Of a stretch of DNA of 64,000 nt, positions 49,560-60,476 are shown piece after piece. Under the pieces are notes generated by a model. That model saw nothing but the letters and a program-made list of their open reading frames with translations, was not told the origin of the DNA and searched no databases. The position numbers were made by a program, and so were the translations under genes. Source of the DNA: an uncultured delta proteobacterium (GTDB lineage: Bacteria; Myxococcota; Myxococcia; Myxococcales; Anaeromyxobacteraceae); NCBI GenBank assembly GCA_963828255.1, contig CAWHDZ010000027.1:32001-96000 (forward strand), read 5' to 3'. Every line of letters begins with the position of its first letter. Position 1 is the stretch's first letter.

Positions 49560-50102
49560 ATGCTCGAGTCGGCACCTCTCCGTTCCCTCCTCTTCGGGCT
49601 GCTCCTCTTCGCCCTCCCCTCCCTGGCCGCCGATCCGGCGCCAGCGCCCGTCCTGCACCGATCGTCCCTGGCCGCGGTGCTCGCTCGGCGAGGCGCGCTC
49701 CAGCTCACGCCCGACCAGGTGAAGACCCTGGAGCAGGCCGACGCGCGGCTCGCCCGCGAGCAGGAGAGCGCCCGGGCGGCGCGGGCCTACCCGGATGGCG
49801 GGCCCGGCGGGGATCAGCCGGGGAGCCAGCCCGGGGGGCCACCCGGAAGGAAGCCCGGAGGTCCGTCCAGCGGAGGCCCAGGCGGCGGCGCGTCCGGCGG
49901 AAAGGGGCGGCCCACCCCTCGGCCGTCCACCGGGCCCGGCCCGGCCGAGCAGCTCGAGCAGGAACTCGACGCCCTCGACACCCAGGCCTTCCTGAAGGCG
50001 CTGGAGGGGCTGCCCGAATCCCAGCGCGATAAGGTGACGGACGTGGCGTCACGCCACCGCGAGCTCGTCTTCGAGCAGCGCGAGCGCGAGAGGTCCCGTT
50101 GA
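49560..50102 (+). CDS. Secreted helical protein (Spy/CpxP-like LTxxQ motif)
   Basis: AGGAG RBS; signal peptide; LQLTPDQV motif; Gly/Pro insert. Confidence 0.65.
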   Translation: MLESAPLRSLLFGLLLFALPSLAADPAPAPVLHRSSLAAVLARRGALQLTPDQVKTLEQADARLAREQESARAARAYPDGGPGGDQPGSQPGGPPGRKPGGPSSGGPGGGASGGKGRPTPRPSTGPGPAEQLEQELDALDTQAFLKALEGLPESQRDKVTDVASRHRELVFEQRERERSR

Positions 50103-50151
50103 TCGCCGGGGTGGCGGCGGACCGTGGGATGATGGACCGGAGGGAGAACGG

Positions 50152-50874
50152 ATGACGAAGAGTGCGAAGGGCGGCGCGCGGTCCCAGCGGACCCTCTGCA
50201 TCGACATCGGAGGAACGGGGCTGAAGACGATGATCGTCTCGGCCAGCGGCAAGCCCCTCTCCGAGCGGGTGCGGATCGTGACGCCGCGCCCGGCCACGCC
50301 CCGGGCCATCTGCGCAGCGCTTCTCCAGGTCATCCCCGATCGCACCCGGTTCGACCGGGTGTCGGTCGGGTTTCCCGGCGTCGTCGTGGACGGGGTGACC
50401 CGGACCGCACCCAACCTCCACCCGGCCTGGAAGGGCTTCGCGCTCGCAACCTGGGTCCTCCGATCGACCGGTCGCCCCACCCGCGTCTTGAACGACGCGG
50501 GCGTCCAGGGGCACGGGGTCGTGAAGGGGCTCGGGACGGAGATCTGCGTCACCCTCGGCACCGGCTTCGGCTTCTCCCTCTTCGTGAACGGCCACTACGT
50601 GCCCAACGTCGAGTTCGGCCACCACCCCTTCCGCATGGGCAGGAGCTACGAGGAACTGCTCGGGGACGCGGCGTTGAAGCGCCGTGGCAAGAGGAAGTGG
50701 AATGCGACGCTCAAGGCGGCGGTCGCGCAGCTCCAGGACACCTTCAACTTCCGCGCCCTCTACCTCGGCGGAGGCAACGCCCGGATGGTCGCGTTCCAGC
50801 TGCCCAGCAACGTGAAGCTGGTGGACAACGTCGCGGGGCTCCTGGGGGGCGTCAAGCTGTGGGAGCGGGACTGA
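50152..50874 (+). CDS. ROK-family (polyphosphate) glucokinase
   Basis: DIGGTGLK, GFPGVV, LNDA, TLGTGFG, EFGH and YLGGG motifs. Confidence 0.87.
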   Translation: MTKSAKGGARSQRTLCIDIGGTGLKTMIVSASGKPLSERVRIVTPRPATPRAICAALLQVIPDRTRFDRVSVGFPGVVVDGVTRTAPNLHPAWKGFALATWVLRSTGRPTRVLNDAGVQGHGVVKGLGTEICVTLGTGFGFSLFVNGHYVPNVEFGHHPFRMGRSYEELLGDAALKRRGKRKWNATLKAAVAQLQDTFNFRALYLGGGNARMVAFQLPSNVKLVDNVAGLLGGVKLWERD

Positions 50875-50970
50875 GCGCGGGCCTGCGCGGGTGAGGTCCT
50901 TCCGTGGGGCCGGCGCCCGTGGGTGTGCCTCGTCTCCGCGCCGCTTGACCTCGCGCCCCGGGGTATGCGT

Positions 50971-51505
50971 GGTCGCGGCGATAGGGTGAAGCATCCGGCT
51001 CGAAGCCGCTCCATCTCGGCGTCTTCGATTGTGGCGCTGCGGAGGCGGCGCCCGACGAGGCCACCCCGGGCGCCTGGTGGAAGGACGTCGCCGCGACGCC
51101 CGCGAGCAGCGCCCGCGGGTGAAGCGTCGCCCGCGAATCGCCGGCGCGCGAGTGGCCGCCCGGATCTCCCCTCGAAGCGCGCTGTTCGCGTCGCCTTCGG
51201 CCCGGGCTTCCAGGCGCCCCCTGGCTGGCCCGGGCCCGTCGCGAGGCACACGATGCCGTAGGCGAGCCGGGCACACGACGACGGAGCAGCGGAGGCGTGC
51301 CAGGATGGCACGTCGAGCAGCGGACGGAGGAGTCTGCACGGCGCAGGCAGGCAGCGTGCGCCGCAGCAGGGCTCGGGCCAGCCGGTGGGCGCCATTCGCC
51401 GGCGCGGGCGTCCCTCGCAGCGGCGCCTCCGCAAGGGGCGCCGGGAACGGGCGATGCTCTGGCCCGGCGTGACCCGGCGCCATTCACCCTAAGTAAACAG
51501 CGACC
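50971..51505 (+). ncRNA. Candidate large structured RNA (alternatively a MITE-like element or decayed gene)
   Basis: Ends pair (GGTCGC/GCGACC and TAGGGTGAA/TTCACCCTA); several nested stems; lies between convergent genes with no credible full ORF. Confidence 0.35.
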
Positions 51506-51595
51506 CTGAGGACAAGCGTCGCGGAGAGGGATGCCCACGCGCCGGCGGCAGACAGCCTGCTGGAACGAAGGCGATCCGCGCGACCGCCCCCGCCC

Positions 51596-53239
51596 TTACG
51601 GGGCCAGCGCCCGGGCGACGATCACGCGCGCCTCCTCGACGATCGCGGCGAGGTGGCTCTCATCCCGGAAGCTCTCCGCGTAGATCTTGTAGACGTTCTC
51701 GGTCCCCGACGGCCGCGCCGCGAACCAGCCGCTCCGGGCCACCACCTTGAGCCCGCCGATGGAAGCGCCGTTGCCCGGGGCGCGGGTCAGCTTGGCCTCG
51801 ATGGGCTCGCCGGCGAGGCTTCCATCCTTCACCGCCTCCGGCGAGAGCTTCGAGAGCCGCGCCTTCTCCTCCGGGGTGGCGGCCGCGTCGATGCGGGTGT
51901 AGACGGGCGAGCCGTAGGCCGCGGTGAGTTCCCGGTAGTGCTCGCCCGGCTCCCGGCCGGTGGTGGCCGCGATCTCGGCGGCCAGCAGGTTCATGACCGG
52001 GCCGTCCTTGTCGGTGGTCCAGACCGTCCCGTCCATGCGCAGGAAGCTCGCGCCGGCGCTCTCCTCGCCCGCGAAGCACAGGGACCCGTCGAAGAGCCCG
52101 GAGACGAACCACTTGAAGCCGACGGGCACCTCGGAAAGCCGCCGCCCCAGCCCGGCCACCACCCGGTCGATCATCCCCGACGAGACCAGCGTCTTCCCCA
52201 CCGCGGCGTCGGCGCGCCAGCGCGGCCGGTGGCCGAGCAGGTAACGGATGGCCACCGCCAGGAAGTGGTTCGGGTTCATGAGCCCGGCCGACGGCGTCAC
52301 GATGCCGTGCCGATCGCTGTCCGGATCGTTTGCGAAGGCCACGCGGAAGCGGTCCTTCAGTCCGACCAGGCCCGCCATGGCCCACGGGCTCGAGCAGTCC
52401 ATGCGGATCTTGCCGTCGTGGTCCACCGTCATGAAGCCGAAGCGGGGATCGACGACCGGGTTCACCACCTTCACGTCCAGTCCGTGGACGGCGTTCACGA
52501 CCTCCCAGTAGTGCCGGGCCGCCCCGCCCAGGGGATCGACCCCCAGCGAGATCCCGGAGGCGCGGACGGCGGCCAGGTCCACCACGCTCGGGAGGTCCCG
52601 GACGTAGGGGAGGACCAGATCCTCCTGCCGCGTGGTGGGGGCGGAGATGGCCCGCTCGTACGGGATGCGCCGCACGCCGGCGTTGCCGCCGCGGAGCAGC
52701 TCGTTGGCCCGGTCCTGCACCCAGCCGGTCACGTCGGTGTCGGCCGGGCCGCCGTTCTCCGGGTTGTACTTGAAGCCGCCGTCCTCGGGCGGGTTGTGCG
52801 ACGGGGTCACCACGATGCCGTCGGCGCGCCGCTCCGTCCGCCCCCGGTTGTGGACCAGGATGGCCCGGGAGACGACCGGCGTGGGGGTGAAGCCGTCCCG
52901 CTCCTGGATCACGGTCTCCACCCCGTTCGCCGCCAGGACCTCGAGCGCGGTCCGCTGGGCCGGTCCGGACAGCGCGTGGGTGTCCTTCCCCATGTAGAGC
53001 GGCCCGTCGGTGCCGGCCCTGCGCCGCCACTCGCAGATGGCCTGGGACATGGCCAGGATGTGGGCCTCGTTGAACGACCCGCGCAGCGACGACCCGCGGT
53101 GGCCGCTGGTCCCGAAGGACACGAGCTGGACCGGATCGGAAGGGTCGGGAGCCCGGTCGAAGTACTGCCCGGTGAGGCGCTCCAGGTCGACCAGAAGCGA
53201 AGCGGGGGCGGGCTTTCCCGCCAGCGGGGAGATGGCCAC
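51596..53239 (-). CDS. pgm: Phosphoglucomutase
   Basis: [29 protein letters not shown] and RPSGTE motifs. Confidence 0.95.
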   Translation of the reverse strand: MAISPLAGKPAPASLLVDLERLTGQYFDRAPDPSDPVQLVSFGTSGHRGSSLRGSFNEAHILAMSQAICEWRRRAGTDGPLYMGKDTHALSGPAQRTALEVLAANGVETVIQERDGFTPTPVVSRAILVHNRGRTERRADGIVVTPSHNPPEDGGFKYNPENGGPADTDVTGWVQDRANELLRGGNAGVRRIPYERAISAPTTRQEDLVLPYVRDLPSVVDLAAVRASGISLGVDPLGGAARHYWEVVNAVHGLDVKVVNPVVDPRFGFMTVDHDGKIRMDCSSPWAMAGLVGLKDRFRVAFANDPDSDRHGIVTPSAGLMNPNHFLAVAIRYLLGHRPRWRADAAVGKTLVSSGMIDRVVAGLGRRLSEVPVGFKWFVSGLFDGSLCFAGEESAGASFLRMDGTVWTTDKDGPVMNLLAAEIAATTGREPGEHYRELTAAYGSPVYTRIDAAATPEEKARLSKLSPEAVKDGSLAGEPIEAKLTRAPGNGASIGGLKVVARSGWFAARPSGTENVYKIYAESFRDESHLAAIVEEARVIVARALAP

Positions 53240-54873
53240 TATTTCCTCCTCATGGAACGGTACCGCCGGATGAGCGCGCGGGTGGAGCCGTCGTGCGACG
53301 GGGCCGGCTCGGCCGGGCTCTCGAGCTCGCCGAGGATCCGCTGGGCCAGCACCTTCCCCAGCTCGACGCCCCACTGGTCGAACGGGTCGATCCCCCAGAT
53401 GACACTCTGCGTGTACACGTCGTGCTCGTACAGCGCGACCAGCCGCCCCAGCGCGGCCGGGGTGAGCCGGTCGAGGAGCAGCGTGCTGGTGGGACGGTTG
53501 CCCTCGAAGACCCGGTGGGGCACGAGCCAGCCCGGCGTGCCCTCGGCCGCCACCTCCTCGGCGGTCTTCCCGAAGGCCAGCGCCTCGGCCTGGGCCAGCA
53601 CGTTGGCGACGAGCATGTCGTGGTGGGGCCCCAGGGGATTCAGCGAGTGGGCGAAGGCGATGAGGTCGGCCGGGACGAGGCGCATGCCCTGGTGGATGAG
53701 CTGGTAGAAGGAGTGCTGGCCGTTGGTTCCCGGCTCGCCCCAGTAGATGGGGCCAGTGCTGGCCTCGACCGGCCGCCCGTCCAGCCCGACCCGCTTGCCG
53801 TTCGACTCCATGGTGAGCTGCTGCAGGTAGGCCGGGAACCTCTTGAGGTACTGGTCGTAGGGCAGGACCGCCACGGTCTCCGCGCCCAGGAAGTCGTTGT
53901 TCCAGAGGGAGAGGAGCGCCTTCAGGACCGGCAGGTTCCGCTCGAACGGGGCGGTGCGGAAGTGCTCGTCCATCTCGTGGAAGCCGCCCAGCATGGCGCG
54001 GAAGTTCTCCGCCCCCACCGCCAGCATGGTGGAGAGGCCGATGGCCGAGCCCATCGAGTAGCGCCCGCCCACCCAGTCCCAGAACCCGAACATGTTTGCG
54101 AGGTCGATGCCGAACGCGGCCACCCGGGGCGCGCTGGTGGAGACGGCCACGAAGTGGCGCGCCACGGCCCGCGTGTCGCCCGAGAGCCCGGCCAGGGACC
54201 ACTCCCGCGCGGTGTGCGCGTTGGTCATGGTCTCCTGGGTGGTGAAGGTCTTCGAGCAGACGACGAAGAGGGTCTCGGCGGGATCCAGGTCCCAGGTGGC
54301 CTCGGCGAAGTCGGTGCCGTCCACGTTGGACACGAAGCGGAAGGTGAGCGAGCGGTCGGCGTGGTGACGCAGGGCCTCGTAGGCCATCACCGGACCCAGG
54401 TCCGAGCCGCCGATCCCCACGTTCACCACGCTGCGGATCGGCTTGCCCGTGTGGCCGAGCCAGGCGCCGCTCCGCACCCGGTCGCAGAACGCGGCCATGC
54501 GGTCGAGCACGGCGTGGACCTGGGGCACCACGTCCTCGCCGTCCACGAGGATCGACGCGCCCCGCGGGGCGCGCAGTGCCACGTGCAGGGCGGGCCGGTC
54601 CTCGGTCACGTTGACCCGGTCGCCCCGGAACATGGCGTCGATGCGCTCCCGCAAGCCCGACTCGTGGGCCAGGGAGACGAGCAGCCGGAGCGTCTCGTCG
54701 GTGACGCGCTGCTTCGCGTAGTCGAGGTAGATCCCGGCGGCTTCCAGCGTGAGCCGCTCGCCCCGGCCCGGGTCGTCGGCGAAGAGCCTTCGCAGGTGCA
54801 GGCCCCCCACCGCGTCGCGGTGGGCGGAGAGCGCCTTCCAGGCCGGGCGTTCCCGGAGCGGGAGCGGCTTCAC
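53239..54873 (-). CDS. pgi: Glucose-6-phosphate isomerase
   Basis: [33 protein letters not shown] and DQWGVELGK motifs. Confidence 0.95.
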   Translation of the reverse strand: MKPLPLRERPAWKALSAHRDAVGGLHLRRLFADDPGRGERLTLEAAGIYLDYAKQRVTDETLRLLVSLAHESGLRERIDAMFRGDRVNVTEDRPALHVALRAPRGASILVDGEDVVPQVHAVLDRMAAFCDRVRSGAWLGHTGKPIRSVVNVGIGGSDLGPVMAYEALRHHADRSLTFRFVSNVDGTDFAEATWDLDPAETLFVVCSKTFTTQETMTNAHTAREWSLAGLSGDTRAVARHFVAVSTSAPRVAAFGIDLANMFGFWDWVGGRYSMGSAIGLSTMLAVGAENFRAMLGGFHEMDEHFRTAPFERNLPVLKALLSLWNNDFLGAETVAVLPYDQYLKRFPAYLQQLTMESNGKRVGLDGRPVEASTGPIYWGEPGTNGQHSFYQLIHQGMRLVPADLIAFAHSLNPLGPHHDMLVANVLAQAEALAFGKTAEEVAAEGTPGWLVPHRVFEGNRPTSTLLLDRLTPAALGRLVALYEHDVYTQSVIWGIDPFDQWGVELGKVLAQRILGELESPAEPAPSHDGSTRALIRRYRSMRRK

Positions 54874-55955
54874 GACGCCGGCCCGGCCGCACCGGCCTTG
54901 CCGGCGAGCCCCTCGAGCAGGTCGTTCCAGGACTTCACGAAGGCCCTGGCCCCGTCGGCCTGGAGCTGGGCGGCCAGCGCGTCCACGTCCACCCCGGCCC
55001 GGGCGTGGCGCGCGATCACCTCCTCGGCGTCGCCGCCGTCGGCGGGGATGGGCGCCCCCACCTCGCCGTGATCGGCGAAGGCGAGCAGCGTCGCCTCCGG
55101 GACGGTGTTCACCGTGTACGGGGCCGCCAGGGCCTTCACGTAGAGCGAATCGGGAGCCGCCGGATCCTTGGTCCCGGTGCTGGCCCAGAGGACGCGCTGC
55201 GGCCTCGCTCCGGCGTTCTGCGCCCGCAGCCAGCGCGCCGAGCCGTGCAGGGCCCGCGCGGCGACGTGGGTGCGGAGCGCGATGGCGTTCCCCAGCCGGT
55301 TCCGGAGGTCGGCCGGGACCTTCGAGGCCACGGCGACGTCCCAGCGGCTCACGAAGACGGAGGCCACCGAGCGGACGTCCGGATCGAGCCCGGCGGCGAT
55401 GCGCCTCTCCACCCCGCGCAGCCAGGCATCGGCGGCGGCCAGGTACTGCTCCCGCGAGAAGAGCAGCGTCACGTTCACCGGGACGCCGGCGAAGGTGACC
55501 TCCTCGATGGCGGGGAGCCCCTCCCGCGTTCCCGGGATCTTGATGTGCAGGTTGGGGCGGCCGGCCCGGGCGTGGAGTTCCTGGGCGACCTTCACGGTGC
55601 TCCGGGTGTCGTAGGCGAGCAGCGGCGACACCTCCAGGGAGACGAAGCCGTCCACCCCGGCGGTGCGCTCGTGGACCGGGAGGAAGAGGTCGGCGGCGCG
55701 GGTCAGGTCGTCGAGGGCCAGGTCGAAGAACAGGTCCTCCCCGGTGCGTCCGGCCTTCACGCCGGCCCGGATGGCCTCGTCGTAGGCGGCGCTCTTCTTC
55801 AGGGCCTGGTCGAAGATGGAGGGGTTGGAGGTGAGCCCGGTCACCGATAGCTCGTCGATGTAGCGCTTCAGCGTGCCCGACGTGAGCAGGTCGCGGGTGA
55901 TGTTGTCGAGCCAGATGCTCTGGCCCAGGTCGTGGAGTCTCTGCGTGGCCTTCAT
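54870..55955 (-). CDS. tal: Transaldolase
   Basis: [34 protein letters not shown] and LWASTGTK motifs. Confidence 0.95.
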   Translation of the reverse strand: MKATQRLHDLGQSIWLDNITRDLLTSGTLKRYIDELSVTGLTSNPSIFDQALKKSAAYDEAIRAGVKAGRTGEDLFFDLALDDLTRAADLFLPVHERTAGVDGFVSLEVSPLLAYDTRSTVKVAQELHARAGRPNLHIKIPGTREGLPAIEEVTFAGVPVNVTLLFSREQYLAAADAWLRGVERRIAAGLDPDVRSVASVFVSRWDVAVASKVPADLRNRLGNAIALRTHVAARALHGSARWLRAQNAGARPQRVLWASTGTKDPAAPDSLYVKALAAPYTVNTVPEATLLAFADHGEVGAPIPADGGDAEEVIARHARAGVDVDALAAQLQADGARAFVKSWNDLLEGLAGKAGAAGPAS

Positions 55956-56073
55956 CGGTCACCTCGGGATGGGGCGCACAGTCTAGCGCACCCCCGATGG
56001 GACTCTGGCTGATCCGGGTATTGCCCCGTCGGGGCCGCTCCCCCGGGCATCGCGTGCCGCTACCCTGGCGTCC

Positions 56074-56892
56074 ATGCCCACCGCGGTCGTCACGGGATCC
56101 CAGTCCGAAACGGGTCGGGCCATCCGGACCGAGCTCGAGTCCTCCGGCTGGCGCGTCCTGGGGGTGGACCTGCCCGGCCAGGGAGCGGAGGTCGAGAGCG
56201 ACCTCTCCACCGACGCGGGCCGGACCGCGGCCACCGAGGCGCTGCTCGCCGCGTGCGGCGGACGGATCGACGCGGTGGCGGCCAACGCCGGGGTGGACCT
56301 TCCCCGGCCGGAGCTGGTCTTCGGGCTCAACTACGCAGGGGTGGTGGACCTGCTCGGGCGGCTGCGGCCCGCGCTCGCCGCCGCCGGGCGCGCCCGGGTG
56401 GCGGTGAACGTCGGGAACTCCATCCTGGTCACCCCGGGGATCCCCCTCGCCGCGGTCCAGGCCCTCCTCGACGGCAACCCCATCCGCGCCGTCCGCCTCC
56501 TCGAGGCCCAGCCCGCCCTGGCCTACCAGGTGAGCAAGCTCGCGGTGGCCCGCTGGATCCGCGAGTCGGCGCCCACGGCCACCTGGGCCGGGGCCGGGAT
56601 CTCCATGAACGGGGTCTGCCCGGGACCGGTGATGACGCCGCTCCTGGAGCGCGACCTGGCCGACCCGCGCAAGGGTCCGGCCCTCCGGCGCATGCCCCGG
56701 CCCCTGGGCGAGTTTCCCCCGCCCCGGGCCGTGGCCGAGCTCTTCGGATTCCTGCTCTCGGAGCGGGCCCGCTTCCTGGTGGGGCAGCTCATCTGCATCG
56801 ACGGGGGCATCGAGGCCTCCTGGCGCGCCGGCGACTGGCCGCGCGCCTGGGACATCGAGCTCCCGGTCTTCCGCCGGCTCATCGGGAGCTAG
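56074..56892 (+). CDS. SDR oxidoreductase (3-alpha-HSD-like)
   Basis: ANAG, YQVSK catalytic motif, PGPVMTP and IDGG; atypical TGSQSETG cofactor loop. Confidence 0.82.
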   Translation: MPTAVVTGSQSETGRAIRTELESSGWRVLGVDLPGQGAEVESDLSTDAGRTAATEALLAACGGRIDAVAANAGVDLPRPELVFGLNYAGVVDLLGRLRPALAAAGRARVAVNVGNSILVTPGIPLAAVQALLDGNPIRAVRLLEAQPALAYQVSKLAVARWIRESAPTATWAGAGISMNGVCPGPVMTPLLERDLADPRKGPALRRMPRPLGEFPPPRAVAELFGFLLSERARFLVGQLICIDGGIEASWRAGDWPRAWDIELPVFRRLIGS

Positions 56893-56916
56893 CGCCCCGG
56901 GCGGAGCTGCGGAACC

Positions 56917-57639
56917 CTAGGCAAGGTTGTGGAACACCCGCTGGACGTCCTCGTCCTGCTCGAGCGCGTCGATCATCTCGAGCACCTCCTTGGCCTTGTC
57001 CTCGGGGAGCTCGACCGGCGTCTGGGCCACGTACTCCAGGTCGGCGGAGAGGACGGGGAGCTTCCGCTCCTCGAGCGCAGCACCCAGCGTCCCGAAGTTG
57101 CCGTAGGCGCAGCGGATGACGACCTGCTTCTCCCCCTTCTCGCCGGTGGACTCTCCCATCTCCTCGAGGCCGTGGTCGATGAGCTCCATCTCGAGCGCGT
57201 CCTGGTCGAGCCCCTCCGGCGACAGCCGGAAGACCCCCATCCGCTGGAACTGGAAGGCCACGCTGCCGGTCGTGCCCAGGTTTCCGCCGTGGTTCTTGAA
57301 GCCCACCCGGACGTTGGCGACGGTGCGGACCACGTTGTCGGTGGCGGTCTCGACCACCACCGCGATCCCGTGGGGCGCATACCCCTCGTAGAGGACGACC
57401 TCGTAAGCCTGCTGGTCCTGGCCGGTGGCGCGCTTGATGGCGGCCTCGACCTTGTCCTTCGGCATGTTGGCGCCGCGGGCGTTCTGCAGGGCCCGGCGCA
57501 GCGCCGGGTTGTCCTTGGGGTTGGGCCCCCCCACCTTCACCGCGATGGCGATGTCCTTGCTGATGCGGGTGAAGACCTTCGCCATCTTGTTCCACCGGGC
57601 GAACATGGTGGCCTTGCGGGTCTCGAAGATGCGTCCCAT
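56917..57639 (-). CDS. YebC/PmpR family protein
   Basis: [29 protein letters not shown] and [10 protein letters not shown] motifs. Confidence 0.95.
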   Translation of the reverse strand: MGRIFETRKATMFARWNKMAKVFTRISKDIAIAVKVGGPNPKDNPALRRALQNARGANMPKDKVEAAIKRATGQDQQAYEVVLYEGYAPHGIAVVVETATDNVVRTVANVRVGFKNHGGNLGTTGSVAFQFQRMGVFRLSPEGLDQDALEMELIDHGLEEMGESTGEKGEKQVVIRCAYGNFGTLGAALEERKLPVLSADLEYVAQTPVELPEDKAKEVLEMIDALEQDEDVQRVFHNLA

Positions 57640-57739
57640 GGGAGGGCCGGATACCCCACGGATGGCCCCTCGCGCAAGCTCCACGTGGGCTGCCATCGGG
57701 GGAAGGGGGCTTCTTGCAGGTATGCAACCGCCAGCGATC

Positions 57740-58108
57740 GGGGGTCCTCGCGCTCCTCGCCTCCTTTCTCATCGTCTCGGGCACCTCCATCTGCAGCTAC
57801 CGCGAGACGGTGGATGCGCACACCCGGGTGACGCGGGCGCCGTCCTCTCCGAGACCTGGCGTGACCACCGGCTGCGGGTCCGGACCATCCCGTCGGCGCT
57901 GGATCCCGGCCTCGCTACCTGGTCACCATCGCCGCCCTGGCGTTTCCGGAGGGGCGGCGTGGTGAGGTGATGATCCGCATCTTCACCTACGGTGAGGGAC
58001 GGGCGGTCCTGGAGGTGAAGGACGACAGCCATCGTCGCCGCCCATGACGGCACGCTGACCGTGGAGAGCGCGCACGGCGAGGCGAACACGCCCGCATCTC
58101 GTGTATAG
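57740..58108 (+). pseudogene. Heavily deleted sensor histidine kinase relic
   Basis: Fragments in different frames: TM segment [43 protein letters not shown], and IVAAHDGTLTVESAHGE. Confidence 0.55.
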
Positions 58109-58118
58109 TGCCGGGGTC

Positions 58119-58589
58119 ATGGGGATCCTGCAGGCCCTCGACGAGCAGTTCCCTTCGCTCGAATGGGGGACATCCGAGGCCGCGGTGGAGGCCCTCTTCC
58201 CCGGCGGACGGCGGGAGCCGGGCTCGGCCTACGCGGTGGAGACCCACCTGGTCGGCTACCCGTATCCGGTGGTGCTGTTCTTCGCCTTCTCCCCTGGCCT
58301 CTCCACCGTCGAGGTCGAGTACCCGCGCAGCTACGATCTCGCCACCGGCGACATGCATCTCCCCGGGCGCATGGTGGCCGAGAGCATCTACCGGCACCTC
58401 TCCGCCCTGCTCATCATCGCCTTCGGCGGGGCGCCCCGGCCCCACGAGGACCTCCGGGCGGCCGACCGCGGCGACACCGTGCTCGCCGACCACAGCTGGA
58501 CCACCCGCGACTCGACGGTCCGGCTCGAATTCCGGCTCCAGTCGGGGCTGGGGCGGGTTCACGTCGAGATGAGGGCGCTGCGGCCATAG
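58119..58589 (+). CDS. Hypothetical protein (156 aa)
   Basis: Coding-like codon usage; LEWGTS motif; no recognisable family. Confidence 0.6.
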   Translation: MGILQALDEQFPSLEWGTSEAAVEALFPGGRREPGSAYAVETHLVGYPYPVVLFFAFSPGLSTVEVEYPRSYDLATGDMHLPGRMVAESIYRHLSALLIIAFGGAPRPHEDLRAADRGDTVLADHSWTTRDSTVRLEFRLQSGLGRVHVEMRALRP

Positions 58590-58593
58590 CACG

Positions 58594-59151
58594 TCAAGGC
58601 TCGAGCCGGATCTCCCCGGCCCGCTCGGGGAGGAGCCCCACCTTCCCGGCGTAGGCCGCCCGGATGCGCTGCATGTCGGCCTCCCGGTCCCCGGTCATGC
58701 GAACGTAGTCGCGGAGCCCCACCTCGCGCTTCCCATAGTCGATGAAGGCGAGCCCCACCGGCACCCCGGCCTCGAGCGCCAGCCGGTAGAAGCCGGTCTT
58801 CCAGTGGGCGACGTGGGACCGCGTCCCCTCTGGGGCGATGGCCAGCCACATCCAGTCCCGTTTCCGGAACTCCTCGACCATCTGGCCGATGAGCCCGGTC
58901 CGCTCCCGCCGGTTCACGGGGATGCCCCCCATGCGCCGGAGCAGCCAACCCACCGGCCAGCGGAAGAGCGTGTCCTTTCCCACGAAGGCGATTGGGAGCC
59001 CCATCGCCATCTTGGTCAGGTAGCCGATGGGGAAGTCCCAGTTGGAGGTGTGGGGGTAGACGATGATGATCCCCTTCGGACCGGGAGGGGCGACGACGTC
59101 CACGCGCCACCCGAGGAGCGCGAGCATCCGGGTGGCCAGGGCGGGGATCAC
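58594..59151 (-). CDS. PlsC-family acyltransferase
   Basis: PHTSNWD, GGIPVNR, APEGTR and WKTGFY motifs. Confidence 0.9.
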   Translation of the reverse strand: MIPALATRMLALLGWRVDVVAPPGPKGIIIVYPHTSNWDFPIGYLTKMAMGLPIAFVGKDTLFRWPVGWLLRRMGGIPVNRRERTGLIGQMVEEFRKRDWMWLAIAPEGTRSHVAHWKTGFYRLALEAGVPVGLAFIDYGKREVGLRDYVRMTGDREADMQRIRAAYAGKVGLLPERAGEIRLEP

Positions 59152-59170
59152 CGTGCCATCCTACCTCGGC

Positions 59171-60337
59171 GTGGGCATCGCCTTCACTCCCTTCACCCTG
59201 GGCGGACTCCGCCTCAGGAACCGCATCCTGAAGCCGGCCACCTTCGAGGGCATGTGCCCCGGGGGCCTGGTCTCGGACGCACTGGTGGAGCACCACCGGG
59301 AGGTGGCCGCGGGGGGCGCCGCCCTCACCACCGTGGCCTACGCCTCCATCTCCCCGGACGGGCGGAGCTACGCGACCCAGCTGCTGGTCGGCCCCGGGGC
59401 ATCGCCCGGACTCTCCCGGCTCGCCGACGCCGTCCACCGGGAGGGTGCGGCGGCCGCCCTCCAGGTCGGGCACTGCGGCTCCTTCTCCAACCCGCGCGTC
59501 ATCGGCGGGCGGCCGCTCTCGGCCTCCCGCCTCTTCAACGCCTACGGCCTGACCTTCGCCCGCCCGGCCAGCGAGGAGGACCTGGCCCGGGTGGTGACCG
59601 ACTTCGCCTCGGCCACGCGCCTGGCCCGCGACGCCGGCATGGACGCGGTCGAGCTCCACTTCGGCCACGGCTACCTGGTCTCCCAGTTCCTCTCCCCGTT
59701 CACCAACAGGCGCACCGACCGATGGGGCGGCGACCTGGCGAACCGGGCGCGGCTGGCGGTGGAGGTGCTGCGGGCCGCGCGCGCCGCGGTCGGCCCGGCC
59801 TTTCCCCTTCTTCTCAAGGTGAACCTCCGCGACGGCTTCGCGGGCGGGCTCGAGCTCGACGAGTCCATCGAGGTGGCCCGGCTCCTCGAGGCCGAGGGAG
59901 CCACCGCCCTGGTGCTCTCCGGGGGGTTCGTCTCCCGGACGCCCCTCTTCATGCTTCGGGGCGAGGTGCCGGTGGGCCCGATGGCCGCGGCGCAGGAGCG
60001 CTGGCACGCCCGCCTCGGGCTCACCCTCTTCGGTCGCCTGCTCGTCCAGGCCTACCCGTACACCGAGGGGTTCTTCCTCGAGGAGGCGATGCGCATGCGC
60101 GCGGCGGTTCGGCTGCCCCTCGTGCTGCTCGGCGGGGTGAAGTCGATGGAGACCATCGACCGCGCGCTCGGGGCCGGCTTCGAGCTCCTGGGGATGGGGC
60201 GCGCCCTCCTCCACGATCCGGCGCTGCCCGGCAAGCTCCAGCGGGGCGAGGCCACCGTGTCGGGATGCGTCCCCTGCAACGAGTGCATCGCCGAGATGGA
60301 CCGGGGCGGCGTCCGCTGCACCCGTCGGGGCGGCTGA
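59171..60337 (+). CDS. NADH:flavin oxidoreductase (OYE family)
   Basis: LRNRILK, ELHFGHGYLVSQFLSP.TN.RTDRWGG and C-terminal CxxCNxC motifs; GTG start inferred. Confidence 0.9.
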   Translation: MGIAFTPFTLGGLRLRNRILKPATFEGMCPGGLVSDALVEHHREVAAGGAALTTVAYASISPDGRSYATQLLVGPGASPGLSRLADAVHREGAAAALQVGHCGSFSNPRVIGGRPLSASRLFNAYGLTFARPASEEDLARVVTDFASATRLARDAGMDAVELHFGHGYLVSQFLSPFTNRRTDRWGGDLANRARLAVEVLRAARAAVGPAFPLLLKVNLRDGFAGGLELDESIEVARLLEAEGATALVLSGGFVSRTPLFMLRGEVPVGPMAAAQERWHARLGLTLFGRLLVQAYPYTEGFFLEEAMRMRAAVRLPLVLLGGVKSMETIDRALGAGFELLGMGRALLHDPALPGKLQRGEATVSGCVPCNECIAEMDRGGVRCTRRGG

Positions 60338-60476
60338 CCTTCGGATCGCCGCGCACGGCACCCCGTCGCGCGAGCTTACGCCCGCCAGGATTCTTCGGGG
60401 CGTCCCTTGTGGACCGCCCGCGCCACACCCGTTTGTCCGTCGCCGCCTCCCGGGAGGCATGCCTTTGCTTCGATCC

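Noticed and set aside
50945..50969. Sigma70 promoter TTGACC...TATGCG for the candidate RNA
   Set aside because: The spacer is only 13 bp, so it is not counted as evidence
51281..51331. CsrB/Rsm-type sponge RNA (six GGA in about 50 nt, one in a CAGGATG hairpin loop)
   Set aside because: The overall GGA count across the gap (about 15) is near chance for this composition; kept only as a weak possibility
50971..51585. RNase P, tmRNA, SRP, group I/II intron or cobalamin riboswitch
   Set aside because: Diagnostic motifs (GAGGAAAGTCC, tRNA-like CCA end, SRP GGAA loop, domain V, B12 box) are not seen on either strand
53239..55955. Tal-Pgi fusion protein
   Set aside because: tal and pgi are in different frames with a normal GTGA stop/start overlap
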